Origin: Ramazzottius varieornatus
Taxonomy: Eukaryota > Animalia > Tardigrada
DNA: 64,000 bases
Assembly (NCBI GenBank): GCA_001949185.1
Contig: BDGG01000004.1
Span: forward strand, 4,249,777 to 4,313,776
Direction of reading: 5' to 3'
The notes under the pieces are model-generated. The model was not told the origin of the DNA. It saw only the letters and a list, made by a program, of their open reading frames with translations, and made no database searches. Position numbers and translations under genes: made by a program. Positions 15,001 through 26,450 of the stretch are shown in pieces (position 1 is the first letter of the stretch; every line of letters starts with the position of its first letter).

Positions 15001-16904
15001 TGGTCTGCGTGTAACACCCAAACACTCCTCTTGACTAACGGCCCATACATTAATGAAATCCAAGGACCTCTTCTCAGCCATGGTCTGTATTATTCGCATC
15101 GCACGCACCCTCATTTCAAGACTTTCCTTCGCTTTAAACGGAAGTTCGCGAAAGTGCAGGCTCTATGGAAAAAGACAGCTATGTTTTCTAAGGGTCTTCC
15201 GTCCGTCTCTTCGCCCATGTCCTTGATCAAGACGTCAAAAAGTCAGATGAGAAATGGGCTTTCGGAGATACTGAGGACTGCTTATAAACCAGCATCTACA
15301 CAGACAAACTTCCAGCTCTTTCACATCAATCAATCTCCATGCCGCGCAGTACCTTCTCCTCGTTACTGTCAATCCTCCCGTTCAAGGGATGCAAAATTAA
15401 AGGACCTTAACACGACTGCGGAATCAAGACTTTCCAATAATATATTAGAGTAAAGTCTGAGTGAAAAAGTCATGAGGAAAAACCCCAAGTTCACGATGAG
15501 CCAGCTTTCGGTCTACCGCGCAGGTTCGCAAAATAACCACGAACACGGCGTGGTACACTAGAGTGTCAAATTAACACAAAACAAACCCCCATTTGGGAAG
15601 CGCGGCATAATTTCCGACCACAAACTTTCTCACGAAGACCGTGCAAAAGTGAAAGACACATCCATTTTTCCGCCGCATTAAACGCGGATATGAATTTCCC
15701 ATCACGTATCGCTTTGATCAAAATGTTTCCGTTAGTATATAGCATTCGGGCTTCGTAATAAGAGTGCTGGATAGCCGGATCAGTTTGCTCTACAGAGAAA
15801 AATCGTCTTCGCGACAAGCGACCGAAGCGCGGAGCACTTGATGAACTTCTCAGCAGGATGCTCCACAATATTATTTTCACGACATATCAAGTGTTTGCGG
15901 ACAGTTGGCTAACTGAATTCTGCTCCCATAAAATCACATGGTGCCGCTCTATTTACGGACGGATCTCGTACCGGCTGTTTTTAAATTGGCCCAGTAAAGC
16001 TACCCAAACAAGCGAGGCATTCTTACCATGAAAGATTTGAGGATTTCGACAACTGATGTAATCCCAAATGAACGACAGCAAAATGCACGTCAAAATCGGC
16101 TGTTAACAAGGCCAGTAAAAGCCTAACCCCATCCAGAGCTTCGACGCTCGAGAGTTGAGTGATAAGGAAGAACTCGTGAAATGCGTCACCAAATGGATTA
16201 GGCAGATTTAATTCCAAGTCTCACAGTATACCACAATCGGCACTGAAAATGGCCAACCAGGAACATGATCAGATTATTCGCGAAAACTACACAGAGAAAT
16301 TTAGCTTTGTATCGGACATCATCATGTAGGACCCAGGTTGCACGAGCGCTCATTTATACTATCTACCCTTCCTTTTTTCTCACTGAACGCTCAAAAGATG
16401 CGCCATAGCCGCCATTCACCAGAGACCTTCCCGCGAGCAATTGCCGGTATACAGCATCCCACGAACCAATCATGGTACGTCCTGTACGGAAATGGGCGTG
16501 CAGGACCCTTTGGCTGCTAGAGCGTGCTGTAGTAGCTATTTTGCCGTCCATGGATTGACAGCTTGTCGGCAAAAGCAAAGCCAGCAAAGTCAGAAATCGG
16601 GAACACCACCATACACATCATCATGTACACTCCATGTTATACTCCCACGCTACACAAGAGATTTACAACAAGCCACATCCAACTAACCATAACCCTCTTT
16701 ACACGTTCAAACACACATACAAGAAGCCACATGCAAATGCATCGCTGCGCACTCTTCGACCAGGAAGCCGCGCGATGTTTCTCGGCGCAAATTTGCCAGA
16801 TGAAGTTACCCAGCGCTGAATCCATGTGTCCATCTCAAAAGATCTGGACGTACTGTAAACATTCGCCATCTGTCACGGTACACTACTAACTAGCACTTTG
16901 CGTG

Positions 16905-18270
16905 AGCTCACCCAAAGCTGCACTTTATTATGCTCTGGTGACTACTTCCTCGAAACTGACAATAAACCGGACAAGGAAGTTTACAGCGAACTGTATCAAG
17001 AATCATACATAAAAAACAGTTCTGCCGAGTTTCTCATACTGTAGTCATCGACCAAGAGTCCGCGAACCACTGCAAGAAAATAAAGAGGACAATAGTGCAT
17101 AGTATATAGCCTCACATCCAGTAGATTGTACAAGGAAGCGCAAGCTGAAAATGCATGGGCGAGAGCTTAGATGTCCTCCATGTCTTTCTCGAACCAGCCT
17201 GATCCTGAGAGAAGTGCCAGAGTTTAGTCCAACCTAAATATGGAGCAAGTCGGCGGAAGATACTCACGAGGGACTTTGAGCAATCACAGGTTGTCCCTGT
17301 GGAATGACTTCAAACGTGTCGAGAGGAAACGCTGATAGCACTGAGCTGGATTACGGAAAGACTATGAATAGTCAATGCGACAAGAAGCCTTGATGAACCA
17401 TACGCGGTTAGCGACGCTGCGATCAAGTTCAATCTTAAACGCCCCTAAAATGTTTCCTCCAGGGATGTGAAGCGTGTCACATCCGGTCATCTGAAATCTG
17501 GAACTGTCACTTCGTCTCACTCTCCCAAGCACTGCAGTGAATTTCTATCAGCGTACCAAACCCGCATTCCCCAATGATAGTCAGACACATGAGACATATT
17601 ATACCGCTTCTTCTGCCCAACTCAACGTGCAAGACCCTGCTTTAACAAAGAGTTTCGGAAGGAGCTCAAAAATCCCTTCATTACGATAGCCAACTCAGAA
17701 ACACTCCTTCTACATACTCAACTATCTTCCAACACAGCGCAATTCCCACTTCTCAATGAGCGGTCAAAATCAACAGTAAACATACAGTACCTGATATCCG
17801 CCATTCCTTTTCCGCGCGTGTCGAGTTTCCTTTGGAGGGAGTTTCTTCCGGCCTGTCTATCGCTTTTCCATGGTCCCGACGTCATGGGAGTTGGAAGTCC
17901 GAAATCCGTCCAGGTTCGCGTGCTCCATGACTTGACGACAGACGATTCGTTTTCGTCCTTTCAGCCAGCAAACCTCTGTCATCCCAAGCCTAGAACAACC
18001 GAAAGTCCAGCCTGAACTAGTTCAGCCTTACCCCAACAGTCGTAATGATATCCACATCCTAGGTCTTGATCCTGGTTTTGCCCACCAACCCAATGACCAG
18101 CAGGGATAGCCTGTGAAAGTTGAAATTCCACGTGCGAAACAGCGGAAAAAAACCAACTGAAGCCAAGATTTGGAAATTTGGCACAGCAATGTTTCGAGTT
18201 GTTGAATTGTTGTGGACGAAGGCGGCATCTGTTGTTCTTTCTTATCGCAAACTCGCAGCTGTCCCTACTC
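16905..18270 (-). ncRNA. Putative spliced transcript with no long ORF (lncRNA / small-RNA host / sORF RNA)
   Basis: Series of canonical junctions: GTAAGG..TTCTAG (~18031-17990), GTACTG donor (~17790), GTATGG..CAG (~17403-17346), GTGAGT..CTCTCAG (~17267-17205); AATAAA near 16924. All joined frames contain stops. Boundaries approximate. Confidence 0.4.
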
Positions 18271-18561
18271 GCACTCAACCTTAAATCAATGAATCCAGGT
18301 ACAATCGACTGTCATAATTATTGGCCCACACAAAAGTTTTGGCCACCGGCCGAAAGCGGCAACGCTTCGAATGATTGTTACTTTAGCGGGGAGATGCCGC
18401 TTTCGGCTTGTGGCAAAACTTTTGTCTCAGCCAATAATTATAACAGTCGAGAGTTCCTGGATTAATTGATTCATTGACATCAAAGTTTAATGTAACATCC
18501 ACATAATCAATATTCTGGTGAATCAATGAACGATTTTTAAAAAGCTGTTGAACCACCTCAG

Positions 18562-18859
18562 CAGTGGGCAGAGTAGATCAGTAAGGCGGCGGCCACAGTG
18601 GGATACGAGTCGCTCCTACGGGTCACTCCTACAACCCGAAGGGGCGCAGACCCGCAGTAGTAGACACTATGGTAAGGCGGGGCTGGTTTGAGAACTATGG
18701 AGCGGCAACGAAATGAAAATTGCCCTTAATCGGCCAACCAATATTGTCCAAGCTGGAGATTCTATGCCTTCATTGGTCGTCTAAGGATATTCTTTAATTT
18801 CATGCCCCACTCCATATGATGTCATCTGGTCGCGCCTTACTGATCTACTCTGCCCACTG
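18562..18859. mobile_element. MITE (~298 bp) between the putative lncRNA and SCOC
   Basis: TIR CAGTGGGCAGAGTAGATCAGTAAGGCG perfect over 27 bp; flanks CTCAG / CTCAT. Confidence 0.85.
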
Positions 18860-19140
18860 CTCATTTCCGAGTTCTTATGCGACCGAATTTCAGCTAAGAT
18901 CTTAGGACGGTAAGCTTAGATCATTCTGTACTGTCGAGTAACGTGGAGGCCTCGGAGACAGAGACAGAACTGTAGCGTCTCAGGGAATATCGGGGTGAGC
19001 TACGTCGTGCAGGGAGTTGCTCATTTGACCCGACCAACCACTGCCTTATTGATCGACAGAATCTGCAGCTTTGCACTTTGCCACTTTTGTATTTCCCGAT
19101 TTCCCGGAGTCAAACATCTTTGTCCACGCAGTCTCCCAAC

Positions 19141-19985
19141 ATGGACAATATTAAAAGCCCTATATTCGAGCAACTACCTGGTATCCCGCTAGCAGATGAA
19201 GATGCCTCAGGTGGGGGTTCCACTTCCGCTAGTCATGTTATGTAGAGGTGTGCACTTCCGTTTGTCAACTTGGTTGTTCCAGACGATGATGAGCGTGATA
19301 GCGACGATAATGAAGAAGATCAGAGAACGCCAGACCGTGAAGCCTCTCCGGACGGCAGTCGGAGCGTTGCTGACGATGGAAGCAAAAGCGTGGACTCGTT
19401 CAGCTTCCAGAACGATGGTACGTAAGTCCAAGTATTCATATAATTACAGTTCATTACCGTAAGGATTTATGTAACATTCACGTCGGTGGCTCTTGGTGAA
19501 GAGAAGGCTTTTGTACCCAAGAAGTAGTGTACATGGACCGTTTTTGTAGATTGTGCTCTTGACGAAGCGGAGGAGAAAGCCCGTCTGATTGCGCAGGTTT
19601 TGGAACTGCAGAACACGTTAGATGGTGGGTAACTCTTCTGCTCCATCTGCAGTATTGGTGTTTGCTGTTCCCTTATACAGGGAACGGAATCTTGTATAAG
19701 GGATTCTCCTTTGCAGATCTCTCCCAGAAGGTTGACAGTGTGAAAGAAGAAAACCTCAAGCTGAAGTCGGAGAATCAAGTTCTCGGCCAGTACATTGAGA
19801 ACCTGATGGCTGCCAGCAATGTGTTTCAGTCGACCACGCAGAACCCGAAGAAAAAGTACGTCGGCAAGCCTCGAGAACTTTCGAAAGAAGGTCTTGTGAA
19901 TCAGTATAACATTACGCCAAATGAACGCTTTTCTGCTTGCTCTGATTTTAGGCCAAACAAGAAGCCATCGAAGCCCAGCTCTTGA
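19141..19985 (+). CDS. SCOC: Short coiled-coil protein (SCOC/UNC-69)
   Basis: Exons 19141-19210, 19283-19417, 19550-19624, 19717-19855, 19952-19985; hallmark [58 protein letters not shown]. Confidence 0.96.
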
Positions 19986-20721
19986 GAAACTCGGTCCCAA
20001 AGACTTGTAGTCGTTTGGTGGTTTCCGCTTCGAGATATTCCTACTTATGGCTCTTTTTCAGTTCTCGGTCAGAAGCCTGTGGATTTGGCTGCTCGCTCTT
20101 GGATAATTTTCCAGATTTAGCTCGCTCTGAAACGCCGCTTTTGTATTATAACACGTAATGATACCGTTTGTTCCTATCGAGTCGTTTCCGGTGTGATATT
20201 ATTTCTGTGTTGCTTTAGTTTCTTATGCTCGTACTGTTTTACCGATAGGTGAAGGTTTTTAGCGAACATGGAGCCGTTCTGTATCAGACTTTGTGTTCTC
20301 GGGTTCGTGCTCAGGTGCGCGGACGCTCTTTTTATTTTAGGCTGTTCATATTTCGGCTGGTCTTTTTTCTGTTCTGTTTTACGTTTCCTTTCGCTCAGTC
20401 TGGCTTCGGTACTCGTGCAACAGTTATTTCTGAGGTACTTTTTGGTTTCCACGTATGCAGACATATAATAGCCGAACATGAGTTATGAATTACAACTTTG
20501 GTGGTCTGGAACTTCAAGTCTTCAACCAGTTCTCAGTGGTTCAACCTGCTTTCCCCCTCTACGCCGCAGTGACGTCATGTCTCACCTGTGACAGCAGCAT
20601 TCGATAATACAGTTCAGTCAGGTCAGATTATTGATCGTTGGGATCCACAGTCACCCAGATATCGCGCTGACTTCTTCCATTCTGTTTGCTCGAAATTTAA
20701 ACATCCCCAGTTAGTTTAGCC

Positions 20722-22139
20722 ATGGAGAAGTTAACCTTTACTTTGCCGAAGATCGCGCCTCCCAAAGTTCCAGTTGCCGTACAGTTCGATCTGCTGGTCA
20801 GTCAGAACCCTCCTTGCTACGCCTTGCGATTTTCTTCAGATACTGTGCTGGAAGGTGCCTGGATAAGCTGCACTATCCCTATCCTCTTTCTATCGAGCAG
20901 CACACCTACCTACGAGATGACAAGGACGGACTCCGAGGGAGAGCTGAAGTTGGGAAATAAGTTTAGCGCAACGCTGCGGCTAAAACCAAATTGTCGTACT
21001 TCAGAGTTCTACTTCCGCCCTGTCGAAGGGTACTCCGGCACGCTGGAAATATTCGTGTCAGCAGTCAATAGCAGTGGCCGCTTGACGCAGCGTGAAAGCG
21101 TCAACCTCACGCCGCTATCTTCTTACTACAGGATCGCGGAAGTGGATGATAGCCGGTACACATTTGCAAATGCCAGGTTGTCCGAATCACCATTCTGCAT
21201 TCGAAATCATCTGTTCATTTCAGGGCCTATAATACGCTGCGGATAACAGGCCAGTTCAGTTTCTTGAAGGTGCAGTCATGGTTGCAGATGATCCTCCAAG
21301 GTGCGGAGTGCGACACATCCGGGTTTCGATTCGACGAGCATGGCGGGACGTTCGCGTTCGAATCCATGCTTCTTCACTGTCACCTACAATGTCAAGTCAT
21401 GTAAGTTCCCGTTGAAAGGACCTCGACACTTCCTTCGAGGGAGGTCACAGTTTCTCAACTTTTCAGGGACAAGGAAATTGTTTTTCGCTGCGAAAACCCA
21501 TCAACTATCGCAATACTGATACAGTTCATTACTCGGCAAGCGACCGCGGAGAAGATCAAGCTCGACATTAGACCAAGTCAGTCTTTTAGCAGCAGTACAG
21601 TAGCCGAAAGAAAACCTTCCGGTTCCAGGGTCCTCTTTGTAGAAACGATGGAAGGAACCTACTCAACGACGTTGGAGAGACTTGTCAGAGTCATAACGCC
21701 TATCCGAAGTCGTAACGATCTTCAGAACTTGACAGACGCGCTCGCGGTAAGAACCTTCTTTTGGAACAAATGCCAGTACTAACGTGCACCTTCTGTTCCA
21801 GGAAGTGATGGCTGCGGAGGGTGAGAATGCGAATCTCCATCCGGAATTCCGGTCGGAAAACTGGAAACAGATGCGTAACGGCGACCAACTGCAGAAAGCG
21901 GAAAACAAAGCCAACTTGGATTTCGTTACCGGTACTCGTACAAACCAGGATTTCCAATATACGTACATGGAACCTCTTAGCAGAGACAGTTTTTTGCAGC
22001 TCTCATAATAGATTTAATGAAAGACTGTGCCAAGCTCCAAGGCACGAGCATCACGTCAAAACTACCCCATCTACTTGCCACACTGCAAACAAATCACTAC
22101 ACCCTCAAGGACCTGCAGAACTTCGTATCGGCAATCTAA
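20722..22139 (+). CDS. BBS7: BBS7-like protein, C-terminal half only (GAE, platform, hairpin/helical), 364 aa
   Basis: Exons 20722-21155, 21224-21400, 21467-21576, 21643-21746, 21802-21931, 22000-22139 total 1095 nt, open to TAA. Motifs colinear with BBS7: FRPVEGYSGTLEIFV, LTPLSSYYRI..DSRAYNTLRITGQFSFLKVQSW, FRCENPSTIAILIQFITRQATAEKIKLDI, LIIDLMKDCAKLQGTSITSKLPHLL. Confidence 0.88.
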
Positions 22140-22395
22140 AGAACATCAAAATTCTGAAACAGTAACCAAATTTGCAGAACCTTAACCCACGGTTAAGCAA
22201 AACGTTAGATAAAACACGGGGAGGATAAGATCAAGCGTAACACCGTACATGTTCGCTCGTCGCTGGCTTACAAGAGGTCCTTTGCCCAGACGGGGTATTC
22301 CAGCTGCTGCTGATGAGAGAAAGAGAGAGAGACAAGTGATAATCCATGAATGGAGAGCGACGGGTACGAACTTCTTGGAGCGCGTAGCTCCATTC

Positions 22396-22888
22396 CTAAA
22401 GCTGAGTCTTCGGTCCTCGAAACCTTGATCTCATGTCAATCTGCCGGATAAAAACCCGTATTTAGAGAACACGACATTGAGGACGTTGCACGAATTATAC
22501 AGTAAAGTCCTCAATACATCCGATTTCACTTGTAGTAGCAAAACCCAAGCTTAGTTGATATTCAGACTACCCTTTCAGTAAAACACGGACGAAACCATCT
22601 ACCTACAAGTGATCTTTTGCATTCGAAGAACGCTGTCTGTAGGCTGTAGCACTCTTGAGGAACAGAAGGATGATGCGTCCGTAGGCATTCTTTCGGTGTT
22701 TTCCTTTCCTGTAGAGGCTTGCGACAATTAATTAAGGAACTAGGGAAACCTGTTTGGCTTAACACAGCAAAATGAACAACTCATACCTGACTACAACATT
22801 CTGTCTCTAGCAAGCAGTTTTTCAGATCGGCCCGGAGTCCGGCACAAGTGGACGTATCTTTGAGATGAACTTCTTCGTAATACTTCAT
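22396..22888 (-). CDS. COA5: Cytochrome c oxidase assembly factor 5 (Pet191), 82 aa
   Basis: Exons 22888-22787, 22708-22607, 22440-22396: MKYYEEVHLKDTSTCAGLRADLKNCLLETECCSQ-ERKTPKECL..CYSLQTAFFECKRSL-IDMRSRFRGPKTQL. Confidence 0.95.
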
Positions 22889-23265
22889 CCCGTAAGCGAA
22901 GATATGGTACTCACGGTTATAGACGAAGCTGTGGCATGTGCCGTCTGATCAGCTTCGATGCGGCGCCAGCCAAGGTATAAAAATTTCGCTTGATAGTGAC
23001 GGTCGTGCCCAACTCTCAAGAAGCACGTATCACGAAACGAGGATCCGGGACTGCGGGAGGAGGAAATGCTCCTGCCAAAATTTTGATTCATTAGGGTCAC
23101 GCTTCATGCCCCAATTTCCCAAATTCTTCTTAGGGCTCGGGTTGGCAGGCCGGGCGACATGGCTTGCCCAGCTGGACTGTTAAAAACGATCAAGCGGTTT
23201 CGGGCCAGAGTGGACCGCTTCCGCTTCTGCTAGCCGGTATTGGATTTACAATCTTTCGAGTTTGA

Positions 23266-23290
23266 AGTTTCCGCCTTGCCGGCGGAAACT
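23266..23290. promoter_or_regulatory. 10-bp inverted repeat in the probable bidirectional promoter between COA5 and the 23.4-kb locus
   Basis: AGTTTCCGCC-TTGCC-GGCGGAAACT; each arm resembles an ETS/E2F-type GGCGGAAA site; CTTCCG motifs nearby. Confidence 0.45.
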
Positions 23291-23402
23291 CGGTCATTTC
23301 TCTTTGTTGACGCTTCGGAAGCTCGGCTACATCTAATCGTAATTATCTGGATCTACTAGAATACGATCGAAAGCGGGCGCCGTGGATGATATAGGGGCAA
23401 GA

Positions 23403-24348
23403 ATGGCAGAATCGAAGGACGAAGCGGCCGAAGTGGAAGAACTGCTGACCAACGAGTTCACTGTTGCGCAGTTGTGGCAGCAGCTTCCTGTGCTCTGCCA
23501 GGAAGAAGTTCCCATATATTTGGATCTTCAGAGAGGCAGCCGGCTGTGCAGATAAAGAAGTGGACTGAAACTGTTCCATTGTTAGCCGTACTCTGCAGTC
23601 TACATTGTTGAATTCCATTTATTTCGCGGAGTTTCTACTTCGTGGAAATCTTCGCTCTCTCGACTTTTCAATGGTGGTGTGGTGTTTTCCAGATGGACAA
23701 AAGAACTACTTACAAAGTTCTATACAACAGCGACAAAATCCAGCCGCTTCTGTGGACGGAGCTGATGTTCAAAGACTATCAGAAACCGGCACCATCAGAA
23801 ATATTGTCATCCTCAAAATTCCCGAAGTTCTCTTCTGAGGGACGGCATTGCGCGCCAGATAGACGCGCTTGATGATCAGCATCCAACAAACACGACCTTC
23901 TGTAATATGAACGTACAAAATGGGGACCGGCATGTCAGGGATCTTTGGTAGGGGGTATCTCACTCCAACGACGAGAAAACATATTGTAGGCATATGTATT
24001 ATACAAAGTCTTTCTCTGGCTCATCCCACCAGGATACTTAGCAGACAAACGGACGCAGACATCGAGGCAGAACTTGATGCTCTCTTCGCTGAGCCCGGTA
24101 TGGACTCCAAAGATTATTCCTCAGCAGATGTTCGTAACGGCCTAGTCAGTGAGTATATGTGTGGGCGCCTCAACGGGTGGATGCTCGGAGAAGCACCTAG
24201 CGATTCCGATGCGATCTGGTCATACCCGGACGAACAGCTTCAGTGGCTAAAGAGTTTGTTAGGAAGTCTGCAAAGAAAGGTCGCGCCAGATATCATAGAA
24301 GTTGTCGATGCAATTTCGGAACTGCGAAAAACCAGAGCAAGACAGTAG
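23403..24348 (+). pseudogene. Uncharacterised gene with an interrupted reading frame (pseudogene or assembly indels)
   Basis: ATG 23403 (MAESKDEAAEVEELL..). Probable introns ~23589-23692 and 23948-24032; last exon open to TAG 24348. A continuous protein needs frame changes near 23530 and 23830. Confidence 0.45.
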
Positions 24349-24838
24349 GTTTACGCATAATCCTCAACGTTACCATAATTTTCTCGAATTATTATTACTA
24401 TTATGGGGACCATGTTTAGCAGGACTACTTGCAAATTCGGCCTTCTGGTTGGATTTCAAAGATGGGATTTTCCTAGAAAGGTAGCGAACTGGTTGCTTTA
24501 GACTGCGCGTTCCTCGCAAATACTGTAACTCCTGGCCCGACCGAGCCGCCTCAGGCTTCCACATGATTTCCAGAGCTTCTGGTGACAGCGTACTTATCTT
24601 TACTTTTAGTATTTAGTTACAGAGAACTCGGAGTCTAATCGAAGCAAATTTCAAATTTCAGCACTTTCAAACATAGCGCGTACTTCGATGAGTTGTTAAA
24701 TGTATTCTAAAAACCCTAGGAATATCAATAACGACCACAGTAAAAACATCCATTGTTTCACATGACTGTCAACCAGGCACAACAAGCGAAAACTTAGCAC
24801 GGGTCTTGGCACCACAGTCTGTCATCGATTCCAACCAA

Positions 24839-26450
24839 TCAACCTCGTGGAGGTAATGTGCATGCTGGACATTGCTGAAGTCCGTTTGTGTCGCAGTTGG
24901 AACATCGAAGAGCGTAAAACTGATCTGTGAAGGCGTTCCGGTGAGAGGACTTCTTACTTCCATAACACTGTTGACAGGGAACTACCGTGAAGCCACCGCA
25001 TGTACTGCAGGGCGGGGTTACTCCATAACGCTGGAAGAAGAAGAATATCTCGGTCAGGTAATGCTTCCTTGTGGGTCTAACGGAACGTGCTTACTCTGTA
25101 GGGCTTCAACATAGTACGAAGCTGTCCATCCTCATTCAAGTTGACGATGCGTTCAAAGTCCTGAAATGACATAAGCATTTCCGGTCAGTGGTCAGTACTG
25201 TAAACAAGCGCGGGATCCGGAGAACGAGTGTCCAAACAGATTATCCAAGCTAGAATCAATTTGCGCTGAAGGTCTGGGGCAACTAGTATTGGCCGAGGAA
25301 CCTTTCCAGGATCATCGGTCGCTGTCAGCCTACCGTGACAGACATAAATCTTCTTGATTGGATTGCTAGCTGCATGATAATCCGTCAGTCGGTCTGCCGA
25401 GCGCTAAGCTTGCTCGAGGTGCGCCAGAATAATCACACTGGTCGGATGACAAGAAAATTGTGAGTTTGTCAAGATTCAAGGTTGGGACCTCAGCGCCAGC
25501 ATTAGCCGGCATGTACTGTAGCAACTTCAGAGAGATTTTTCGGGTATTTATCATAGCACCATTTAAGAGTTAAGACAATGCTGTCATAATTGAAGGTTAG
25601 CTTTAAGTACTCACTCCAACATAATGGCCCTCGACGAAAAGATGAGGAACTTTTTCGGCCTTGTCACTGCCAATACGCTCTTTCAATTCGTAGTGGTAAT
25701 CCCGATTGATAAATAAATCATAATCCGAAAACTGAACCATCAAATTTTGCAGGATTTTCCGGATCTCCATACAGTTGTAATAATTATCGCGGTAAACGTT
25801 GAGCGAAGTTGAATACAGAACCACTTTTCCTTTTTCCAACACAGTAAAATTCTGCAGAAAAAAAACCAGATTCAGTATCAACAATAACAAAATTACATCC
25901 GTATACTAACACCGCAGAAAAATTCTCTACCTTTTCACTTGTGGATTTTGGCTCTTTGTCTTTGAAGGTAGCAACCGCGGCCCGGACTCTTCCGCGAACT
26001 CCTCTGGTCGACCCTTTCCGGCTTACGATGGGGGCGCTGACGTGAGGGTTTGATCTGGGAGAAAATTTTCACGAAGAAAATCAGCATGGAGTAAAAGCGC
26101 TAAAAATGTTCGGGAATGTTCAGTTGTGATCGACCATACCTTTCCGATATACTTAGAGGCCCATTGAAGGTATCTTCAGGTTCATCGTCAGGCTGCAGCT
26201 CTTTACAATGGAATTTCATGTATTGGTCGTATTCGAAGGGGTTCCCCAAGCCGTTGGTGTTCAGGTCCTCTCCAATTTCCGAACGGACTTCCGAACTCAG
26301 ACAGTCGCTGTATGTCTCATCGCCGTCGCAGGAGCCGCCAGTAAATCCACTCAAGCCCGAATCTGTTTCGCGATCCGAATCGGCATTGTCTGAGAACGAT
26401 TGAGTCTTACGCAGTGCCAGGTAAGGATCATGAGATCGACGGTTCCACAT
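24839..26450 (-). CDS. Glutaredoxin domain-containing cysteine-rich protein (GRXCR1/2, CG31559-like)
   Basis: Exons 26450-26140, 26054-25931, 25851-25615, 25160-25095, 25030-24839; GSTRGVRGRVRAAVATF, Grx fold KVVLYSTSLNVYRDNYYNC..VPHLFVEGHYVG, C-terminal CSTCGG..PCQQCYGSKKS..RCSNCDTNGLQQCPAC. Confidence 0.93.

Noticed and set aside
14412-15453. Two ~180-aa plus-strand ORFs
   Set aside because: Non-ATG starts, no recognisable domain, no consistent splice structure.
23027-23297. Spliced 64-aa uORF upstream of COA5 (MTEFPPARRKLQTRKI..)
   Set aside because: Its first exon coincides with the palindromic promoter-like element about 100 bp from the divergent ATG; no family recognised.
23757-23770. 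AGC TGA TGT as an antizyme frameshift site or selenocysteine codon
   Set aside because: The +1 frame stops after about 24 codons with no antizyme motif; no redox motif or evident SECIS.
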